From the human T2T-CHM13v2.0 reference genome, Homo sapiens: 64,000 bases of DNA. The notes beneath the pieces were generated by a model, which saw nothing but the letters and a program-made list of their open reading frames with translations, searched no databases and was not told where the DNA came from. This document shows positions 55,754 through 64,000 of this stretch, one piece after another. The stretch is from assembly GCF_009914755.1 (NCBI RefSeq), contig NC_060928.1. The stretch is one strand, 5' to 3'. The position numbers and the translations under genes were made by a program. Within the stretch, counting starts at the first letter, position 1; every line of letters begins with the position of its first letter.

Positions 55754-56133
55754 AATACCAGAGGGAAAAAAAAAGAAAAGACACAAAATTATTAAAAGTA
55801 ATAATTAAAAATATTTCCAAAATTAGTGATAGAAAACAAGACACAAGTCCAAGAGTTGAGATAACACCAAGCAGGGTAAACAATGGCAATAACAACAATA
55901 ATAAAATTAAACCGAAGGATACCATTTTCAAACTGCAGAAAACCAATATCAAAAAGAGAATCTTGTAAAAAGCCAGAGGGGATTTTTTTAAGGCCTTACC
56001 TGAAGTTGAGCAAGGATAAAAATTACATCAAATTTCTTTTCAAAATCAAATTTCTTTTCACAAACTATGCAAGCAATAAAAGTGCTGAGCAAAATATTTA
56101 AAAGCTTAAACCGACAAAACATACCAACTTTGA

Positions 56134-56436
<303 letters not shown>

Positions 56437-59400
56437 CAACTTTGAATCCAGCAAAAGTGAAGAAGACAGATGAACAAAAACTGAGGCAATTTGTCAATAG
56501 TAGAACTTTCTTTCATACAATGTTAAAGACTCTTCAGAGAGAAGAAAAGTGATACAAGTCAGAAACTTGAATCTACATAAAGAAAGAGAGTAGTAGAAAA
56601 AGAATACATGAAGAAAGGAAATAAAAACAAACAAACTGGATATTCAATTTGAGAAGTACTAGTCACAACCAAGAGAGAGGAGAAAGATACTGCCCTGGGG
56701 ATGCCAGTTGACCCTGCCTAAAGGTGGCAGAACTCGACTCAGAAACAGCAAATGCTAATCAAAGCAGGAGAGAATGTAATGCTATCTGCAAATAATGAGA
56801 GTTTTATTTTTCCCTTCCTTTAGCTTTAAATAGTGCTTGTTTTAGTTTCTCTTTTCTAAATATGATATCTAGCAAAAAAAGGATCTAGTGATATTATAGT
56901 GTTTTAATACTTAATTACTTATTATAAATGCCTCGACATATTATCTCCTTAACACTGAGATAAAATATGATACACTTAGAGACAGACATATTTGGAAAAT
57001 AATCAATACACTCATAACTATACAATTCTGTTGAGTATTCAACTTTATTCTTTATATTAATTTAAATTAGTTTCAGATGCTTGGGTAAACATATTTATCT
57101 CAAGAATAGGAAGTGAATTATTTGATTTATATGTCATTTAAACAGCATTTTGGAAATTCAAATTATTTTCTGTGGTATTGCTTTAAGATGCATTTCTTAG
57201 CACTTTTTATTAACATGATATATTCTACTATGAATGGTATTCTAGTATTTTGGAAATTTGCATGTACCTCCTAGTGTGTAGCACAGTGGTATTTTTGTGT
57301 TTTATTCAAGTTTATTTGTTGAAAAGTCCCCAATTGATTTTTTCACAAACATTAATCTGATGCATTTTCTGTAAGCAAAGTGAGCAACTTGAGGTAAATT
57401 AAGTAATATAGGTCATAAAATCACAACACATGATATTAATCTATAATTCACCGACTAGAATTTGATGGAAGACTATATTTTTATTAAAATCATTCATCTT
57501 GTTGATGACTAACTGACCATTGAAGGTCCCTAGTACATGATAAAAATTGGTCGAAGTAGCCATTTTATTTTAACAGTTTCATTGAGCATCACCTCTTCAA
57601 TGACACAGAATAATTATTTTTCACCCCAAGTGGCATTCAAGATATTGGAAGGGATGTGATTTATTAAGTTATTTTTAACAAGCTTAAAGTGATGATTTTA
57701 AAATAAATGAATATTAACTTATTAATTCACCCTCTTCTATGTACTAATAGTCATGGGGAAAGAAAGGATCATACTACAATATTTGGTTGATAGCAGAAAC
57801 ACAGAAATTCACTCAGGCAACTGAGCATATTTTTATGTTACATGGGCCTAATTTATGAACCCTCATTATCTTCAGATAAAATGACAATTCAAAGCTAGCA
57901 CACAATTTTATAAATATTGAATTCGATTTTTCCTAAGTTACCGTATTTGTGCTATTCAGGATATCTTTATTTAATATAACTCTTGCTGACATTTTATTTA
58001 GATTTTTATTTTATTTACACTTTTACTAAAGGCTAAAAACAAATTTCTTCAAACTATTTGCTACAGAATAAATGTGCATGTTGTCTCTTAGCCTCATTCT
58101 GGAATTAGATATTTCTTAAAATTTCAAAAATCTATTGATGGTTGATTACATTATTTTACTTTTCTTTACTCACGGTGTATGCACAGCATATTTGACAATG
58201 CCTCATCCCTCTTGTAGTGAAAACAAAATGAAGATGTAGATCAATTATTCAGTGAATTAGCTGGACTTGAAACTGAAATTAATGGATTTATATCACCATA
58301 AAGGGAAATCTCCAGTGCTTTTATTTCTTTTTTTTTTTTTTACAAGATTCTTTCCTTATTCCTGTCCTAGTCAATATAGTTTTCAGGAAGATGAAGATAT
58401 AGATGTCATGCCCATGAGCTTTGTCTCTTACATAAAGCTCAAAACCTAGTGCCACAGTGATATTTCATCAAAATATAAGTTCTTCAATTGGCAGAAACCA
58501 TTTTTCTGGAATGCACATTGTATTGCCGCAGTTTGGTAGATAGTAGTAGGTTCTCAGTAAATATTTGTTGAATTAATTAATCTACAAGAGCAATGAGAAT
58601 ATAAAGAGAATTGATATGTGTCATACGGCTAATGATAATAGAGTCTTAAATAGTATGTTTTGCCCTAAGGGGAAAAAAGATTTAAAAGGCATAATATTTA
58701 CCCCACAATATCCAGAAAGTTGTTCTTGAAAAGTACAATAAGGTTTTCTATTGATGCCCTTTGGCTGGTCAATAGCCTCAGCAAGGTCTTTGATTTTAAC
58801 ATGATTAGACACTTTCTGATAGGGTGGTCTAAAAAAATTACATAGCTGCCTAATATGAACAAGCTATTATTGAATGATATTTAAGGAAAGTCCCCAGGTT
58901 AAACATAGTAGTAAGCTTTAAGCAATGTTAAAGGATAAACTGAATATTTATGTACTTTAAAGTTCTCATATTATATGATTATATTATAGTCGTACAGAGT
59001 CTAACTCCACCACCATATCAAGCAATTATTGATTTTATGAAGTACCTAACAGTAACAGTTTTTCAATTAAATTATAGCTTTTGGGAGTCATATGTATTTG
59101 ATAAAACACTTGGTTACATAGTCAATATTTTACCCTAGTAGTTATGAAAATTACATTATAACTGTTGCATAAAACCAAACGTTTTACTGTTTTTAAAACT
59201 AATCATGAGACTATTGTTTAGAATACTAAAAATCAAGAAGCAAAGTGAAAAGGCAATGAAATAAAACTAATCATATTTAAAAATATGTAGGGACTATTTT
59301 TTTCATTATTGTTAACATTATTACAAAGATACACTAAAAGGACATTGACTTTGGATGATTGTGTTTTATCTGTGAAGCCCTTAGTTAATGTTACTGAAAA

Positions 59401-60574
59401 TTTAAAAATTAGTTTGTTTAATTTTAAAAATTGTATGTATAGTCTAATATCCCAGTATAAAAACAAGGCAAATATTAATAAAGTCATAAACAAAGAAAAA
59501 TCTGTAATCCAACTTATACATTACATAAACTTACACAGGAAACAAAAGTATCATATTTAAATGAGAAATTTGTAACAACTACTAGCATTGCAAACTGAAA
59601 AAAGATTTATGTTGTATATTGTGTTAATTTACATCAGAAATCATTTCTAAAAGATGTCTAATATACAGCAGATTTTAAATCCTCAAAATATTTGTTTTTT
59701 CTGCAAAATTAAACATAGATGAATTAAGACAATGTGAATGTTTCCTGTTATATTCACTTTTCAGATTAAAAAAAAGGTAGATGTACTTTTAAGAGAGCAA
59801 TGAAAAATTAGGGAATATTTTTGTAATTTGATAGTGTTATCACAGTAAATTGCCATGCATAATAATGTTCTTATTGTGAATATTGTACATAACCATAAAA
59901 TATTTTATTTAAAACACTTCTAATTTGTATTATATTAAAAATTTAGAGAGCATCTTTTTGCATTTTTTCTTAATATGGATATAAATTGTTTTACTATATG
60001 CTCATCTCACTGAGGACAGTGATAATATTTAATATATCCTATCACCTAAAATTTTAATCTGCCTCCGTTATTCAGCGTGCATACTCAGAGGTTTTGGAGA
60101 AGAGAGGAAACCACACTGGTTTTAAAGAATGTTTACAATGCAAAATTTTCACCTAAAATTTTAGATAAAGGTAACTAAACTAGAAAGTCACTCATTCACG
60201 TAAAGCTCTAAAATTTCCCCAAGAATAAAATCAAATAATGCATAGAATTCTGTTAACATATTTATAAGTAAAATATAAAGTGAAAATGTCAAAATTATTT
60301 GATAATTTGCCTAATTGGGTGGCATAAGATGGATAGTGTAGAATTTCAAATCTCACTTTGGGGTCAGTTGATCTAGTTGATAATATTTTACAGTGCATAT
60401 TAACTATCACTTTCAAGATCCTTTGCCAGACTCAAGGTCTAGTTCTGGGATAATGTAGCCCATCAGCGAAGGCTAACACTTCAGAGGGTCAGCTGAGAAA
60501 CTCTTATGGTCACATTTAAAGAAACCAGCTTTTCTAGATAACCCCAGTTCGGAAAAATTGACATGAACAGATGT

Positions 60575-60603
60575 TGTGTGTGTGTGTGTGTGTGCGCGCG
60601 CGC
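60575..60603. repeat. (TG)10(CG)4C alternating purine-pyrimidine microsatellite
   Basis: Read directly from the sequence. Confidence 0.95.
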
Positions 60604-60879
60604 TATTCTTCTTTCATGTCCTTTGCTAAGCTACAATGACTATGTTGTTCATAATAGTAGCAAACAAAATACAATAAATATAAAAGTTATTTTTTGTATC
60701 AGTAGTACTATTAGCATTGTTATTATAGCTGCTATATATTAAGTGACTGTAAATCCCCAAGGGCATTAACAATTGACCATTTGTGGATAACAGGACTGAC
60801 AGCAGAAGAATTTCTATAACTCTCACAGGGTTACAAAATTAATAAATTATTGAATCTGATTTTAAAATGTTATTTTGTT

Positions 60880-61356
60880 TGTTTTAATTTCAACTTTTAT
60901 TCTAGATACAGGATTACACATGCGGATTTGTTACATCAGGGAATATTGCCTGATGCTGAGGTTTGGGGTAGGGATCCTGTTACTCAGATAGTGAGAATAA
61001 TACCCGACAGGTAGTTTTTTTAACCCAACCCCTACTTCTTCCACTCTCTAGTAGTCCTCAGTGTCTATTGTTCTCATATTTATATCCATGTGTGCTCAAA
61101 AACTAGCTCACATTTGTAAGTGAGAAGATGTGGTATTTCGTTTTTTGTTCTTGCATTAAATTTGCTTGGGATTATGGCCTCCAGCTCCATCAATGTTGCT
61201 GCAAAGAACATGGTTTCATTTCTTTTTATGGCTGCATAGTATTCTGTGGTGTGTGTATACCATATTTTCTTTCAATCTACCATTAATAGGCACCTGAGTT
61301 GATTCCATCTTCGCTATTGTGAATAGTGCCGCAATTAACATACAAGTGCATGTTTC
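60880..61356 (-). mobile_element. L1PA16/L1PB-like 3' end
   Basis: caacttttattctagatacagg...gatgctgaggtttgggg...gtaagtgagaagatgtggtattt. Confidence 0.88.
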
Positions 61357-61738
61357 ATTTACGTATTTTAGCACTTCATCCTTTTGTCTTCTATTTCAAT
61401 CAATTTAAAATACTGTATACAAATAAATATTTTATTGGCAGAACAAGTTTATACATAATCTTGGCATTAATTTTAAGCACAATATTTAATCATATTTTTC
61501 TGAATAATTGTTCCTAAAATTGTAATATTAATAATCATTCTTATAGATATAACTCTACCATTGATGTATTTCATTTTTATAAAAGACATTAAATTGAATC
61601 TAGCCTAAAAGTGACATTCTATAGACTAGAGAAAGGTGGAGTAACTTACCAAAGTTCTGTGAATTATGGAAATGGAATACTCAGTCAGAGCCATGTAAAC
61701 GATACTGAGATATGTTAGAACACTTTGTGGCTTTGCAT

Positions 61739-62231
61739 TGCCGAGTCTGTCCTGCAGACTCTGGCCGAGTGACAGATAAAAGAAGTACACTGACACAGGT
61801 ACACACAGGTATTTTGTCTGACAGTGTGGCTAGGGGACCGCACGGCTTAGCACCGCGGACAAAAGTGCTGCCCCCATAAGCTGGCCCCGCTCACATTTAT
61901 TTAGTACAGACTTAATGACAAAGGCTTGGAGTGAACACAATTTGTGGGTAATAAACATTGTTGACCCCTCAAGTAGAGAGCAGTCCTGCACACGAATGAT
62001 CAAAGGTTGGTTTCTGGAGACAGGAGTAAACAAATTTATCTATATAATTCCTTTACATTCCTTTGTTATCTGCCCTTTGCTTTCAGCCTCCACATAAGAG
62101 AATTTGGCTGCCTTCAGCTATAATTCTCTTCCAAAGCTTTTGCAAAGCCTCCTGGCCTTCCAAGAAGGTTTGCATCTTTCCCTATAACTTTTTCATATAA
62201 CTTTTCCCACCACCCTGACCGATGTCCTACA
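61739..62231 (-). mobile_element. LTR22 (HERV-K HML-5) solo LTR
   Basis: Reverse strand begins tgtaggacatcggtcagggtggtgggaaaa and ends gacagactcggca; 493 bp; flanks tgcat and cacat. Confidence 0.8.
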
Positions 62232-62489
62232 CACATATTCCTGAATTCTAAAGCAAACATAAAGAATTATACAATGCATGATGTAAAGCCCATATTTTTG
62301 CAGGACTATATAAATGAATTATTTTTTAAATTTAAAATGAATACTGGTTAGGTTTTTGTGTCTTATAAGTAAAGCAGCTGGAATGGCTATTGAAATATAT
62401 AATTATAGTATACTTTTGTCAGGTATATTTAATTTACATTAACATTTACTAAATTTGTAATACCAGAGTATTAGTAAGTTATGTCACTC

Positions 62490-64000
62490 AAAATTCCCAG
62501 GAAAAAAGAAAACTTCAGGTCAATATCTCTGATGAAGACAGATAAAAAAATCCTCAACCAAATACTAGCGAACTGTATTCAGCAGTACATCAAAAAGTTA
62601 ATACACCACAATCAAGTAAGCTTTATTCTTGTGATGCAAGACTGATTCAACATATGCTAATCAAAAATGTGATACATCGCATAAACAGAATTAAAAGCAA
62701 AACCATGATCAACTCAATAGATGCAGGGAAAAAGTTTTCTATAAAGTCTAACATCAACTCATGATAAAAAAAACTCTCAAGAAACTATGTATTGAAGGAA
62801 TATATGTCAGAATAATAAAAGCCACTCATAAAAATTTCATAGCCATAAATGGGCAAAAGCTGGAAGCATTCCCCTTGAGAACTAGAACATGACAAAAATG
62901 CCCACTCTCATCACTCCTATTCAACACAGTACTGGAGCTCCTAGCCAAAGCAATCAGGCAAGAGAAAGAAGTAAAGACATCTAAATGGAAAAGAAAAAGC
63001 CAAGCTATCTCTCTCTTCTGAGAATATGATTCTATACATCGAAAATCCTAAAGATTCCACCATGTAATTCCTAGAACTGATAAACAATTTCAGTAAAGTT
63101 TTAGAATACAAAAATCAATGTAAAAAAATCAGGAGCATATCTATATACTAATACCAGCAAAGCTGAGAGTAAAGTCAAGAACATAATTCCCATAATTCCA
63201 TTAATAATAGCCACAAATAAAATGAGATACCTAGGAATACAGGTAACCAAAGAAATGAAAAATTTCTACAAGGATTACACAAAACACTGCCAAAAGAACT
63301 CAAATATAACATAAATAAATGGGAAAACATCCCATGCTCATGGAATGGAATAATCAATATTATTAAAATAGCGATACTGCCTAAGCAGTCTACAGAGTCA
63401 ACACTATTCCTATCAATCAACTAACACAATTTTTACACAGTTATAAAAAATCTATTCTAAAACTCACATGGAACCAAAAAGAGCCAAATAGCCAAAGCAA
63501 TCCTAAGCAAAAAGAACAAAGCTAGAGGAATCATGTTACCCAACTTCAAACTGTACTATGAGGCTGTAAACAAAGCAGCATGGTACTGGTATAAAAACAG
63601 GCACATAGACCAATGGAACCAAATACAGAGTCCAGAAATAAAGCTGCATACCTACAAACTTATGATTTTCAACAGGGCTGACAAAAACAAGCAATAGGGA
63701 ACAGATTATCTATTCAACAAATAGCTCTGGGATAACTGACTAGCTGTATGCAGAAGAATAAAAATGGACCTTAATTTTTCACTATATACAAAGGCTAACT
63801 CAAAATGAATCAAACATTAAATGTAAAACCTCAAAGTATAAAAATCCTTGAAGAAATCCTAGGAAACACCATTCTAGTCACCAGACTTAGCGAAGAAATT
63901 TTGGCTGAGTCGCCAAAAGCAATTGCAACAAAAACAAATGTTGACAAGAGGGACCTAATTAAACAAAAGCAATTCAGCACAGGGAAAGAAACTATAAACA
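62490..64000 (+). mobile_element. L1PA15-16/L1PB-like ORF2 (RT and C-terminal region), disrupted, runs off the window
   Basis: aagaaaacttcaggtcaatatctctgatg; aagctggaagcattccccttgagaac; gcatggtactggtataaaaacaggcacatagaccaatggaac. Confidence 0.92.

Overview
AT-rich, repeat-dominated primate (catarrhine, human-like) non-coding DNA. I find no credible protein-coding gene: the longer ORFs in the track are L1 ORF1/ORF2, MaLR-internal, Tigger-transposase or Alu read-through remnants, and the rest look like chance frames. The window holds about 12 Alu/FLAM copies, many L1 fragments of different ages (L1M to L1PA), a complete THE1A provirus with a perfect target-site duplication (TSD), a rearranged THE1D/MSTA-like provirus, an LTR22 (HML-5) solo LTR, LTR16/LTR33/MLT1 relics, Tigger3a, MER44B and MADE1 DNA transposons, MIRs, and a tailless 5' U6 snRNA retrocopy. 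I see no evidence of a new gene system. The most notable signal is a recurring set of short patchwork insertions built from direct and inverted copies of adjacent sequence, resembling polymerase-theta templated insertions, plus several microhomology-type deletions inside repeats. Other points: a twin-primed inverted L1 with intact TSD, a chimeric Alu, a closely spaced inverted Alu pair and weak candidate non-coding exons. Subfamily names come from remembered consensus sequences, not a database search, and the boundaries of old elements are approximate.
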